Origin: Tilletiaria anomala UBC 951
Lineage: Eukaryota
DNA: 64,000 nucleotides
Direction of reading: 5' to 3'
Assembly (NCBI RefSeq): GCF_000711695.1
Contig: NW_013547017.1
Span: 248,001 to 312,000, forward strand
A program made the position numbers and the translations under genes. The notes beneath the pieces are model-generated. The model did not search any database. It was not told the DNA's origin and saw only the letters and a list, made by a program, of their open reading frames with translations. This document shows positions 25,264 through 38,356 of this stretch, in pieces. Every line of letters starts with the position of its first letter. The stretch's first letter is position 1.

Positions 25264-27858
25264 CTCGCTGAGACCTCGCGGGTTGCAACTACGCCATGGA
25301 CGCTTCTTTCGCTCGCCAGATAGTGCCCGAACGGATGAAGCACAAAGCGCACGAGAAACTACAGAAGGTCGCGCGTGAACAACTGTGGCAGACGCCCAGT
25401 TAGATGTACAAGGTTTCTCCTACAACAGGAGACGGATCTTCTCTCTCTGGCTGCAAGCAGGTGAAGACGATCAATCTGCGCCGCCGGATGATGACTTGAA
25501 GCAGACTGGACATGGCAGACTGGCGCAGCAGTATGCCTGCGTGGATGCCCCCGCCGTCTTCGAAGGCGAGGTGTGCCGCGCAGTGCAGTGCAGTGCCCGA
25601 TACCCCTTTCCAACGCAGAAGAAGTGGCGGAACGTACCAACACTGCTACAGTGCTTGATCTCAATCAATAATCCACGTTTTTTGGGGATCGAGGAAACTC
25701 GAGAATGGACAGAACAGGATTTTTATCTTTTTCTGCGCCACATCCAGCAAGGGTGATGTAGGTTATGAAGCAGCACGCTACACACTTATGTAAGGCATAG
25801 GTGGTGCCTGGATGTGCCAGGCTCAGGGACAGGCACAGCTGACTGGGCCCACTACGGTTTCCTGGACTGGTCGTGCACTCATGCCTTGGTGACTGCAGGT
25901 TAGTGAGCGGAAATGCGCGTGAATCCGCTCGGCTACCTTCTCTCTCGACCGTTGCGAGAGAATATTTGATAGAACCCCGGAGATGGACGGCTCTTTGCGG
26001 AACGCATGCAGAAGTGCAGTGCTGCACATTTCCACATCTCGTCTCATCTGGACCGTGTCTAGATTCTCGCTAAGATGATGCGAGGTCCCGATGACTCTGC
26101 TGGAGTCGGTGAAAGTTGGCATGCACCGTGGAGAACTGGAGACAACCTTGCAATGGACGATGTTGCGATGATGCCAGAGTCTACCGACTGGTGATTGTGT
26201 GCAACAATGAACGTGTTACGCAAACGAACAGTCTTTGATGAGCTCAGGCGTGTCCTGACTCCATGGCGTGTCTAGACGAGCCGCGAAAGGATACTGGCTC
26301 AACGCGATCTTCATCAAGCAAGTACAATCGTGATACGAACTGCAACAGTCCTGCAATCTGCTGCGTGTGCTGCATGTGTGAGTCTCGGGTTGAGCGGACA
26401 GATCACTCGTTGTGATCACACCGAGAGGCCCAAAATGCCTCTTTTGCAGAGCTGCGTCGAAACATATCGAACCCGGTTGGACTTGAACCCAGTGGTGGCA
26501 TCGAGCCGTCAAACGTTCTGTCTGGCATGAAAGTCAGAAAGACTCTTCCTAAGTGTAGAGCCACGTTGGACACGTGTAAGCTCCCGTAACTTCACTGCAT
26601 CAGGAGCTCATCTTAACCAATGCCTGAATATTAGAGGTGATCAAGTGACCGCAATTCTCGCAGTTTTTTCATTCAATTCATACCCTTTGTGCTTGCCCTG
26701 CCATTGTTCGCTGCCCCACCTCGCGTCCCGCCTTGCCCACGTCACCCACTTTTGGCCGCGTCGGTTGCGGCAAGCGAGCAAGCTGGAAAGCCTTGGGATA
26801 ATAATAGTACAAATCGCGAAAGCCTTGCGTACCCACTCTGCAGCATGTGCATGCTCCTGCTCCACCCAGTTCCCAGGGCCCCCTTACCGGAGGATGCTGA
26901 GCAATTGATGATTGTGCCTCGTGATCAACGAGCTAGATCAAACGCCAAGGTGATCAAGGTACACTCACGAGGGGCACAGAGAGAAGGAAGGCCAGAAGAT
27001 CGACGGGACCACTCTCCACTTTGCTGATAGAAGTGCATAGCACCGCTACATGGCTTTGGCAAGCTGTGGCTCCGACAGTTTGAAAGGTCTTCCGACAAGC
27101 ATCCTTGCATTGAGGAGGAGAGTTCTCGAGTGGGAAGAAGGCCCCCGGCTGCGTGCAGAGAATACGGCAAGTTGCTTGGGCGCTTGGTTCTTGGCCATGT
27201 GACATGCCTTCCAAGGGCGTTCGCCACTGCCGCAGGAGTCCGATCACCAGGCGATGCATCGCTTTGGGCGGTACTGGCGCTGGGCAGATGTGTAGCATCT
27301 CGCAAGCATGAGGGGCTACGCATGAACGAGTTGCACAGTACGCGTTTCCCACGCATGTCTTGGCGCGAGGCTGGGAGGCGTCAGGACGTGGGAGATTGGG
27401 TAGGGGGGCATGTCAAGCACGACTCCTTTTGCTCTGCTAGCTTTTTGCCGGACAATCTCACGAGCTCATCGGCCTATGTAACCATGCTCATGTGGGAATT
27501 TCACGGGGCGAAGCCAAGGGAAGCGGATAGAAGGGTTCGGACAAAGTAGGGAGGGACTTAGGGCAGGACAAGGCGTTGAATCGAGCGTGACTGAAAATCA
27601 CGGGCAAAGGCCTGCGGGGCGATTGTACTCGACATGCTGGTATCTTCCAAAAATCTTACAAGAGTTTTGTGCAGACGAAGAACTGAAGCGCAAGGCAACG
27701 CTAGATTAGGTGTTACAATGACAGTACATAGATCTTGGATACGACAAGCGGGTAGAACTAAATTGAGTGGAATGAGGCCAGTATAATTGACTTGGGTTTG
27801 GAACTGATAGATACGTTGCACCGGGCATAGATAGTGATTTGCGGGAGACTGCTGGTAT

Positions 27859-28076
27859 TTACCTGCTGCATCCGCCACCAGGGCAGCCACCGAGGGGCTT
27901 GGCGTTAGCTGGAAGGGGAAGAAGCGGTGCGAAGAGGAACGCATCAGCCGGCCTGCTGGCGTGCACCGTGGACTGCACCACGTCGAAGCCGTTTACTCAC
28001 ACCTGACCTCGACCGGCTGCGCAGAAACTGCAACAGCCATAAGGAAGGCGGCGACAACGGCGAAAGAGAACTTCAT
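27859..28076 (-). CDS. Small secreted two-cysteine peptide precursor (41 aa)
   Basis: Exons 28076-28001 and 27908-27859 with a 92-nt intron (gtgagt...gctgat...ttccag) give MKFSFAVVAAFLMAVAVSAQPVEVRSNAKPLGGCPGGGCSR*. Clear signal peptide, caac-ATG context, CT-rich leader and a TATA box. Confidence 0.7.
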
Positions 28077-28186
28077 GTTGAAGATGGATAGGAGATTGGG
28101 GATGAGTAGATTTGTGGGGAGATTGGCAGAAAGGTGGGATCTGTGCGGGATGTAAAAGATGTGTCCTTGAGATGGGGACACATGGG

Positions 28187-28192
28187 TTTATA
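28187..28192 (-). promoter_or_regulatory. TATA box of the small secreted peptide gene
   Basis: TATAAA on the minus strand about 110 nt upstream of ATG 28076, followed by a pyrimidine-rich leader. Confidence 0.5.
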
Positions 28193-29654
28193 TGTGGGTG
28201 ACCTTGGGTGTATTGTTGCCGTCATCGGCGACGTATATATTTGGCTCACACTGCTGCTGTGCTCAACCATTTCGCAGTGACGAGTGGCTTGGCTGATGGC
28301 GAATACACCTTTGGTTGGACGTGCGGTTGCACTGAGCTCTCATCCAACAACATCCTTCAAGCCACTCAGACGGCCGCACCCTGCTGGGAGGTGCATCACG
28401 TTAGTCGACAGCCAGCACGGAAAAGCGTTCCGCAGACGAGGTAAAAATGGGTTCGTCAACAGTTGAAGGGCACTAGCCCACTTCCCAAGGCTCGATATGC
28501 ATACATATGTACGTGTATACATATTATCATTGATCAATCGATCACTTGTATGCAGGTACCGCAGGGGAGTACTCATGTGCCTGCCCTGGGAGAGGTCAGT
28601 AAGAGCACGACAAGAGTCTGTTGCCTATGTGGGAGTAGGACAGTGAAGGAGTGGCCTGCTGGCTTGGTATGGCTTGGGCTTTGTACATATGTCCGAACGC
28701 AAGAAGCAGGCCGATTTGGCAGTGCAAGGCTACGTGAAACCCGCCTGCAATGTCTCGGGTTCTGGATTAGCGCAGGCACAGGCCAGGGTACTGAGCACGT
28801 TGACAGGCCAGAGGGTGGCAGGGGCAGAGCACTAGGGTAGATAGGTTGACCCCCGCAGGCGACCTGCCCAGACTCAATACAGCAGCGATCTGGCACCGGC
28901 ATCACATTTGGAGACCAAGGTTGTCGCCCGCACTGGCAGACCAGCGACATTCCCGATTGCCAGTGTATGCAGTGGAGTCGTGTCCCCTTGACTTCATTCC
29001 TTTCGGAGATGAAAGGCGATTCCTCCGTAATGCATAGCTCATCGGGGAGCGGTGTAAGGGTCAAGAGTAGGCAAGTCTTTTGTAATAGTGTAGGTGGTGG
29101 CACCGCCTGGAACAACGCGTTGAAGGGATTAGGCGCGATACAGACCACGAATGTTTGCTCACACCCACACCAATCTCTGCCATAAGCCATCGTCCGCGGC
29201 TCCAATTTGACAGATCTTTGGCGTTTTTGCTGGCGCCTGTGATAGAGTTGGCCGGAGTTAGAAGAGTATCGACAATGGCTCCAGTATTCTGATTGTAAAC
29301 ATTTCAATAAGTTCAAGTGCGAAATGTAAACTTATCTGCCATCTATAAATGATAATCTATCTCGGCTTTCGAAGAGAAAGCTCCAGTCGCGACGCTCGTC
29401 CGGTGGCCGCAATGCACGAACCGCCCACTACCGCAATGAATCGACGACCCTTCGACGCTTAACTCTGTTGTCTGTTTGACATCTTGATGTCGCAGGGGAC
29501 AATGTTCTAACAAAGGAATTTCATGGCTTCCTGAGCCTGGCGCGGTGGAAGAACAAATCAATTGAAACTCGGAAGACTCCCTGCTTCACGCGCTTCTCTT
29601 CGGGGGCCTTGGATAGATATTGCATGATGATGTTGCCCCTTGAGAGGTTGCCAC

Positions 29655-29820
29655 TGTCATATTATTAGATTTTAATGCTTCATGTCATCGATACATTAAC
29701 GAATATTATGTAATATATTGTATCTATATTTTACTATATAATAAATAACATCTATATTTATATAATTATAATATATTGTACCTATTTGTTCACGTAAAAT
29801 AAATTGTATTTATACCTGCA
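29655..29820. other. AT-rich island
   Basis: Abrupt TA-rich stretch (aatattatgtaatatattgtatctatattttactatata...) in an otherwise GC-rich window. Confidence 0.75.
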
Positions 29821-30514
29821 TCTGCACTTATATCTGTATGAAGATGGCCAATGGTCTACGGCGAACGACAGACTTTTGATACAAAGTGTTCATGCTGGAA
29901 GATTGGATGAACAGAACGAAGGGTGAATGCGGCAAGGTGAAATTTGAATTTGCAAGAATTTTAAATGAGAATGAGAGTGTCTGGATTCTGAGCTAATGAG
30001 AGCGTTTCAACATCGTGTTCGCAACAAGTCGGAAGCTCTGAAATTCTTAACTTCTAAAATCCGGGGAGTCAGAAGCCCTTGGAAGCCTTAGTTGCTCTCG
30101 CCCTGGGTTTGTTGCGCGTCAGACACAGGCCATACACACTTTAACATAATGATACACCTAGCGTACTAACCTGTGCAAATTGAAATGGCACATGCGTATT
30201 GATCGATTGCAATGACACATGGACGAGGGCTTTCTACCAGTGCATTCCACAATGAACAGAAAAAGATTATGGTCCTCATCCAGCTTTTTTGCGTAAACTT
30301 TTGATACTTCGTAGCATTTATTACGCACATGTGCTCACGGGTTCCATGCCTGTTGCCTTTGTGGTCCTGTATATGCCGCCAGAGGACCTCGTATATATTA
30401 TATGACTGCGGACGTAGAAATAGCAGCTCCCAGGTACCAGCTCTATACTATCTGAGCGCTAAGCAGTGAACAGATCTGAAGCCCATGCGCTGAAGCGCTG
30501 TCGATTGGCGAAGC

Positions 30515-30600
30515 GGGCTAAGGCCGAGCCGCTATAGCATGTAGAGATTATTTCGGGCATTCCGTGACCTCTACATGTTATAGCGGCTCGGCCTTAGCCC
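30515..30600. mobile_element. 86-bp inverted-repeat element (Tourist/PIF-Harbinger-type MITE or hairpin RNA)
   Basis: 32-bp arms gggctaaggccgagccgctatagcatgtagag / ctctacatgttatagcggctcggccttagccc with one G-T pair and a 22-nt spacer. The TAA-GGCC...GGCC-TTA ends resemble Tourist/Harbinger termini. Confidence 0.55.
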
Positions 30601-31172
30601 CTTGTGCCATGGTACTCATCATCTATGCTTAATGCTCAAACCTCAATATACCTAATATTCGATAGCCAGATGAAGACCTCCCTGCGAGCTTATCTGAATC
30701 ATACCCAAGGCTTCCAAGGTCGATTGTTCATGATTGATTATTGGTTGACAGACCAGGCCAGGCGCCTGTCGCTCACCCGCTCTACATATCCCAGGAGCTC
30801 GGTACTCGGTACCCGGGCCTCGTGCCTCGGGCATCACGCTGGATACAACAATCATCAAGGCTTGGAAGGGCTCGCAGGGCCTCGCTCGATGAATGCGTGT
30901 ATGCGAATCGGCATCCCATTTCAGAGTACAACCGTGAGTGTCATGGCTGGTTACCAAAGGAGGCGTTCGTAGCGTTTGGCCCAGAATAGGCTCCTTCATC
31001 AACCTAGCTATTTGAATGCGACGTTTCGGAATGATAGCGGTGCGTTGCTAGAAGGCATGGGCGCGCGCCGCATTCCACCAATGCGCCGGTGCTTGATGGG
31101 GGCAACGAGGTCAGGAGCCGTGAGCATACGTCGCAAGCGACAATGAACCTTTAATCAAAGCACCCTGCGTGT

Positions 31173-32977
31173 TCAATCCGCCAATTCTTCGTTGAACGTT
31201 CGGCCGATAAGCATCCTTCTGATCTCCTGCGTACCAGCGCCGACGGTATAGAGCCTTGCGTCTCGCAACATGCGCGCGACTGGGTACTCTGATAAAGAAA
31301 GCCGCAGGGGGATGCAACATTGTTGAACGGTGAGTCCGTTGAACGCTCGAATGTGCTGACAATGTTAGGCACTCACCATTTATATAACCATTACCTCCCA
31401 GACATTGCATTGCATCCATGGTCACCTCGACTGCACGGTCTGATGAGTAGAGAATGGCACCAGCGCAGTCCTGTCGAAACAATGAAAGGCGATCAGAATC
31501 TCTTCTTCATGGCTCACAGAACGCAAAAGGAAAAAAATGGAGAACATACCCTCCTGCTGATAGCGCCATTATCACACGCGCGGCCGACTGCGTAAACGTA
31601 GGAACGAGATGCGCCGAGCTTGGTGTACATATCTGCAACGACGCATTGTCAGCAGCCCGTCAGTGCACGCTGCATGGGACGGTACCCTCAAGCACGCTGT
31701 GACCTCACCCGCAATTTTCGCTTGCATCAGCTGGAACTCGCCGACGCGTTGCCCGAATTGCTTGCGCTGATGCACGTAATCAGTAGCATAATCAAATGCA
31801 GCTTGCATGAGCCTGAGAAATACGAAGCAAGGGCGCGAAGGCGTGAGTGGCTGGCGATGTCTCATGGTTGACTGAAATATGCGCACCCCAAAGGCCCACC
31901 CGAGAGGACCAGACGCTCGAGGTCGAGCCCAGACATGAGCACTGCGGCTCCTCGATCGACCTTTCCAAGCACGTTCTCCTCTGGTACCTCTACGTTCTCA
32001 AAGACCAGTTCGCAGGTATCGGAGCCTCGCATGCCGACCTTGTCCAATTTTTGATGGGTTGTAAAACCTGGAGAGTCGCGCTCAACAATGAATGCTGTAA
32101 TCCCCTTGGACCCTTTCTCTGGTGAAGTTTTCGCGTACTGCCGGGGAGTGAAGTGTCAGCATAACTGTTCCTTGGATGTCAAATATATCTTCGTCCAAAG
32201 GCGAGACTTACAATGACATACGTCGACGCGATCGGTCCGTTTGTGATCCTGACATCGTGAAATCATGCCGCACCTATCAGCATCATTCCTTGTTTCGCGC
32301 TGAGCATGTTTGACTAACCAGAATTTGCCACCGTTGAGGATGTAGCGGTCGCCCTTCTTGGCAGCGGTCGTCCTCATACTAACAACGTCGCTACCGCTCC
32401 CTGGCTCGCTCATTGCAAGAGCGCCAACCTTTTTTCCCGAGAGGAGATCTGGAAGATACTTTTCCTTTTGCTGTTTGGTGCCATGCCTGTTGATCTGGTT
32501 GACGCAAAGATTCGAATGCGCACCGTAAGAAAGAGCAACGGATCCTGAAGCGCGCGAAATTTCTGTAATAGCGACAAATACGGTCAGCTTCGACCATTGA
32601 TCAATCAGGTACGTGGCTCGTCGATATGATACACGCTACGCACCTTCCATCACAATCGTGTGATCCAAATAACCCTTGCCCAGACCGCCAAATTCTTCGG
32701 GCACGGTGATGCCAAGCAGACCCATTTCTCCAAATTTAGTCCAGAGGTCCATGGGGCTCTGGTTCTCACGGTCGATCTCTTGCGCTCTGGGCTCAATTTC
32801 TGCCTTTGAAAACTGAGCAACTGCATCGCGAAGTTCTGCCTGGTCTTGTGTCAGCCCCGCAACGTCGGCGTTGTAGAAGGTGAGCGTACGCGCTTGCTGA
32901 CAGTGAAAGAGCGAGCGGCTACAGCTGCGAGCAGAGGAAGTGCGCCTGACGGCGCCGGCAAACAACCTGCGCATCAT
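31173..32977 (-). CDS. IVD: Mitochondrial isovaleryl-CoA dehydrogenase
   Basis: Arg-rich presequence. Motifs [94 protein letters not shown] and [14 protein letters not shown]. Many introns. Confidence 0.92.
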
Positions 32978-33845
32978 TTTGGCTTTTCGATGTTGCAGAA
33001 GCAGACGACCGCTGAGATACTGGTTGACAAGAACAGCATGAACAAAAACAAGTGTATGCAGGGTACTAAGGACATTTGAGAGTTACTTGATGACGATCCA
33101 CCCCAATAGGGCGGGTTTATGAGCGAAACGGGCATTTCGGTAATTCGCGCTTTCCGGCGTTCCGGCGAGATCAACGCCCAAACACTGACGAGATGCCGGA
33201 TCCACAAACCACAGTGCTGACTGCTGGCACTAGGGAGACCTGTCCATCACTGTAGGTGAGTCGATACGCTGCGGCGCTCTTGACCTTAGGCCCATCACAT
33301 CCGCATCGCAATGATCCTCCAAAGAGCGACAGTCTGAACTCGTACCCATTGTAGGCAGCAGTCACACAGTCAGATTCTACAATGTCTTTCTGCTTCCATT
33401 CCGGATGATGCAAACGAAGCTTTCGGGCTGTACATGTCGAAGTCTTTGCTGTCACACTAGAGTACAACTGGAAGGGTGCATCATGTGGCTCGCATTTGTG
33501 GTCGCGCGCATGCGGGGCCGCTTACATGGGCGCCAGGTGTGGGGAATGTAAAGTGTGAGGACCGTGCAGCCGAAGTCGTATGACCATTCACGCGTCGTCC
33601 TCGAGGCGGAGGTAACGTCGACCAGTCGCATATCGCTGACGCGTAACACGTGCTCGAGACGCAGGTATTTCTCTGCGCTCGAGCTTGCCCTGATCGGCGT
33701 GGGCATCCGCAAAGGCATCAATCTCTCCTGAACTGCAGGAAAAGGCTGAATCAAGGCTTAGCCCCCGATGTCGCATTGACATTGGCGGCTGGATGTGCCT
33801 GCGACCTCGCCTCGTGGCCCACGAGAATGTACGTTCGTGGTTGGT

Positions 33846-35017
33846 TCATGGGGTCACCCCGCGACCATGCTGAATCCCATGTTTTGCCGATTCAACCTCG
33901 CCTTGCGATGCAGTGCCCTGTCCTGAAGTTGCACTTTCTCGCTCCAACTTGATTCGCGCTTGCGCTTCATCTACTTTTGTTCGCAGATAGTGGATTACGT
34001 TTTGCGGGCTTTCAGCGTGGAATACTGCAGTGCCTGCCACGATAACGTTGGCACCTGAGAGAGACAGAGGCATGAAGGAGGATTAGCCACTGCGATGCGC
34101 ACAAAGGCTACACCAAGACCTACCTGCATCGGCACACGTGTCGATTGTCTTTGGCCCTACACCTCCATCAACCTCTATGTCTAGATCCGGAAAGCGCGCA
34201 CGCAGCTCTGTGACCTTCGGCATACATTCTGCGATGAATTTTTGCCCTCCCGCACCTGGTGCAGGTCGACGAAGTCAGTTCATGTTCGCAAGCAAGAGAG
34301 TAAGCAAGCAAGATCATTGCACATACCAGGCCATACTGTCATGACGAGAATCATGTCAAGCGCATTCCCGAGCTCGTTCGAAATTTCACTGGAAGGAGTG
34401 CCAGGATTGATTGCTACTGCAGCTCGCATGCCTGTCGCCTTGATTTGTCGGACCACATCCATCGGGTCATCTGTCGTGATTCCGCGAGAAGAATTTTGTC
34501 ACCACTTATCCGATCGAAGTCACAGTCTCTCCCAATCTCACCTGTTGCTTCAAGGTGGAATGTATATGACTTGCCCCCCGCTGCTGCGATGTCTTTCACC
34601 CACTACAAGGGTCCATCCGTTAGCCAAAGCCGTGGCGCGAGGTTCCAGCGACTTACCTTCGCAGGGTCAGAAACCATCATGTGGCAATCCATGAAGATAT
34701 TCGGCACTGCTTTCGATATCGATGATAGAATGGGTGCACCAAGCACAATATTCGGTACGAAATGCCTGAAATGATGCAAACAGATCAGTACAATGCCAAC
34801 GGGCCTGGGCTCGATAGATCACGCATGCCTACCCGTCCATCACATCTGCAAGCGATAGAGGTCAGTTAGTTCTATCGACTACAGTAACCGAACGTACGAC
34901 AATGGACATACCCATGTGCAACCAGTCAGCACCCATGTCCATCATTCGCTGGCATTCATGATTCAGGTTCCCCATGTCGGCCGCGAGGACGGATGGGGCG
35001 ATCTTTGATGACGGCAT
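33846..35017 (-). CDS. RPE1: Ribulose-phosphate 3-epimerase
   Basis: Motifs [70 protein letters not shown] and [12 protein letters not shown] across about 8 short exons. Confidence 0.93.
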
Positions 35018-35612
35018 GCTGGCAGCTTTTCTGTGGAAGTTCAAGCTGCCTGGTTCGTGGAGTCTAGGGCACGAAGAAGAAGGGAAGGTGTCTCTTGCAC
35101 AAATGAGGGTGTAGTTGGGTGGAGTTGACAGCATTGAGAAAGCGACAGTAGAACTTATATCTACAATTACCTGCTCTAGCGAGAAGCGAGGCAACTTGTA
35201 ATTCAAATCACTGGGTGATAGGCCAAGCCGACGTCGAGGGCCACTGTATGCTTGTGCCGAGTTATTGTTCTATGATGAGCTATGTAAATCTGTGAATTGA
35301 CACACCCTGTTCCGCTCTGCCCGGCTGTGCACTGTGCTGTGTCTCATACGCCAATCAGGCTTCTGGGTGCGGACTTTTGCCAAAGCGCTCTTCGGCGGGG
35401 AGGGGGGGGTCTTCACGAGTGACGAGAGCACAACCTCTTCGTACTCTCCCAACTCCTTGTTTGCCACATGGTTCGGCTCTTGATTGTTCGCTCGTGTGTA
35501 TGGGACTATCCAACGTGCTCCAGTAGACAGCCCAGCCTGGCCGTGTATTCCTCAACAAAAGCACCGCGAAATCGCTTCGCCTATTACAAGGTACCCTGAA
35601 AGAGCAGGAAAG

Positions 35613-37956
35613 ATGACTGAATCACCACCGAGATCGCGCATGCGCGCTTACTCGAACAGCTCATCAAATCCCTCGCTTTCCCCCTCCCGTGAGAGGCCCG
35701 ACGGCCCGGCTTCTATGACTCCCCAAGATAGGGAGAGGCAGCTCGCAGAAGAGCTGAGAAGGTGAGACTGCAGTACTAGTTTAGCTGCACCCTTATTTCG
35801 GACTTCTTCCTGACTATATGCCACATCTTTCCCTTTCAGGCGGGCCGTGGCGTCCAAAGCACACGAGCGAGGCAGACCAAGGGATCAGGATGACCATTTG
35901 CCGCGAGTTTCTCGATCTCGATCTCGATCTCGTACGCGCAGCATAGACAGCCGCAGGATGTACTCACCGGGTAGCAGGCGCAGCATTGCCGATGGCGATG
36001 ATGATCATCTTCGAGACTCAGAGCGGCGCCGCAGACGCAGGCAAGGGTACGAAGACAATTACGAAAGGCGGAGACCATCCAGTAGAAGGGATGCAGAACG
36101 ACACTCGCGCTCCTCGCGCGATGGTTCGCCTCGGAACAGCGAACGCGAACGCTACGACTCTCGCGGATCTCGCGACGACAGGCGGCACTACGATGAAAAA
36201 AGCTTCTACGACCGTGATCGCGGTCGTGACCGCCACTACGACCGTCATGAGCGGGGATTTGACAGAGGCTACGATCGTCGCCCTCCGCCTCGCCCACGTT
36301 CGCCGTCTCCCCGCCCAGAGCCGGATCATGCTGACTATGAAGAACGCTCTGTGTTCTGCTCTCAGCTGGCTGCCAGACTCACGCAAAGGGACCTTGGCGA
36401 GTTTTTCGAAGAGAAGCTGGGTGAGGGAAGTGTCGTTGATGTCAGAATCGTCATGGATAAGGTGACAAGGCGAAGCAAAGGGTACGTTTTTGATCTCACC
36501 ACTGCCTATATGCGTACTAAACCACGCATCCATGCTATCCTCGCTCTCGTCACAGAGTCGGGTACGTCGAACTTGCCGATCGCCAACTTCTTCCCAGAGC
36601 TCTTGGCTTGTCTGGCGAGAATCTTTTTGGCATTCCTATCCTCATTCAGTTGACAGATGCTGCTCGCAATCGGAGTCAAAATACCGACATGCAATACCGG
36701 CCAAACTTGGTCAACGCTGTCGAAACTGCTGTCGGCGCTGCCGCTGGCGCTACCTCGTACAATCCTCTCAATCTCTCGAGCACAGCAAGAGCTGTAAATG
36801 CCAACACAGCCGCCAGACTGTACGTTGGGAGCCTGCATTTTGATCTGACCAGTGAAAACGTGAAAGAGGTCTTTGAGCCCTTTGGCGAGATCGAGTACGT
36901 TGACTTGCACCGCGAGCCAGGTTCAGGAAAGAGCAAAGGCTTTTGCTTCGTCCAGTGAGTCTCCGCGGTCATCCATGCCTGCAACCCACGTGCAAGTGTT
37001 GACCAAGGTCTATGAATAAGGTACAAAGAGCCAGCTGCTGCCGAGCAAGCTTTGGCGCATATGGATGGCATCGAGCTTTACGGAAGGGCTGTGAGTTGCT
37101 CGCAGACAAACGCCAGAACAAGGGCTGATTTTATTACTGCTTCATGCCATGATATCTCTTTCATGCGATGCAGATCAAGGTCGGGCACGTCAATGCTCGC
37201 GGTAATGGCGCACGTGCGGGGACAGACTCAGGCGCAGCAGCATCCACAGGCGCCAACCAGACTGCACTCGGAGGGCCCCCCGACGGAGGCCAACAGCCGA
37301 CTGCCCTGTCCGCTTTCGATGAAGGCGGTGGAGGCGGCTTGAACCCGATGACTCGTGCTGCTCTAATGGAAAAGCTGATGCGCACCGAATCTGCACCCGC
37401 CAGCCGGACGCCTCCAGCAGAACAGTGAGTGTGACGCAAGCTCAAGTACATCGCGAGCCGTGTTGACGACCAGTCCTTCTGTGACAGGCAACGGCCTACG
37501 AACATTCCACAGGCAACCAGCAAGACGGTCTTGCTCCAAAATATGTTCGATCCTGCAGAGTGCGTAAAATTTTCGTGAAGTTCGAATCCCTATGTGCTTT
37601 GTTGCTTACTGTGTACCTCTTCCGCTCGCAGGGAGGTTGAGCGCGACTGGGACACGGATCTAGCAAATGACGTGAAGGAAGAATGCGAGGCCAAGTATGG
37701 CGGCGTCGAGCGGATCCACGTCGAGCGTGAAAGCGCTGGTGACATTTATGTCAAGTTCGTTGACGTCTCTGTCGCTGCCAAGGCCATACAGGGCCTTAAT
37801 GGGCGCTTCTTTGGCGGAAGAAGCATCAAGGCTCATTAGTGAGTCATTCCTCATCCGATACATGGCGCCAGCAAACGACCAGCGCTGATGCTGGCCTTCT
37901 GCCTCTTTCTGCTTCGCAGCATTGCCGAAGCCATATTCAATGCCAAGCTTGGGTGA
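35613..37956 (+). CDS. Splicing factor RBM39/CAPER (Rsd1-like): RS domain, two RRMs and a UHM
   Basis: RS/RD-rich N-terminus, RSVFCSQLAARL...DKVTRRSKG, RLYVGSLHFDL...KSKGFCFVQ, RAALMEKLMR, LLQNMFDP and DVKEECEAKYG...LNGRFFGGR. Confidence 0.9.
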
Positions 37957-38356
37957 AGTGCCGTCCCTTGCCTCATAAGCGAAAAGTCGCGTCGGATTTT
38001 GCGCGTTTGGTGCCTATCATGACAGCTCTTTGCTGCTCAGTTACAGACTCTACCTCGCAAGCCGCGCAACATTTTTTTGTATCGCTTTCAGCTTTCCGTC
38101 CGCATTTTGCAGATTCTGCTCGATCAACGTGGACACATAACAGAAAGCACAAATCTTTGGTTGGTGCACTGGATCACGAGCCCGAAGACCCTGGCATGGG
38201 CTCTCCCCGCTCATGCTCTTTTGACCCATCCGTTTGTTTGCGCCTTCACTTCTTGCAGCGCTTGCAGACGGTAAGTGTTTCGCGTTTCCCGCACTTGTAC
38301 TTCTTAAAAGGCCGAATGCAATGACATTCAGAGAATCGAATTATACAAAATCGGCC

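Noticed and set aside
28573..29316. 247-aa ORF
   Set aside because: Non-ATG start, atypical composition and no domain.
30795..30817. Vector polylinker-like gagctcggtac...ggtacccggg
   Set aside because: Short, interrupted match with no other vector sequence around it; likely chance.
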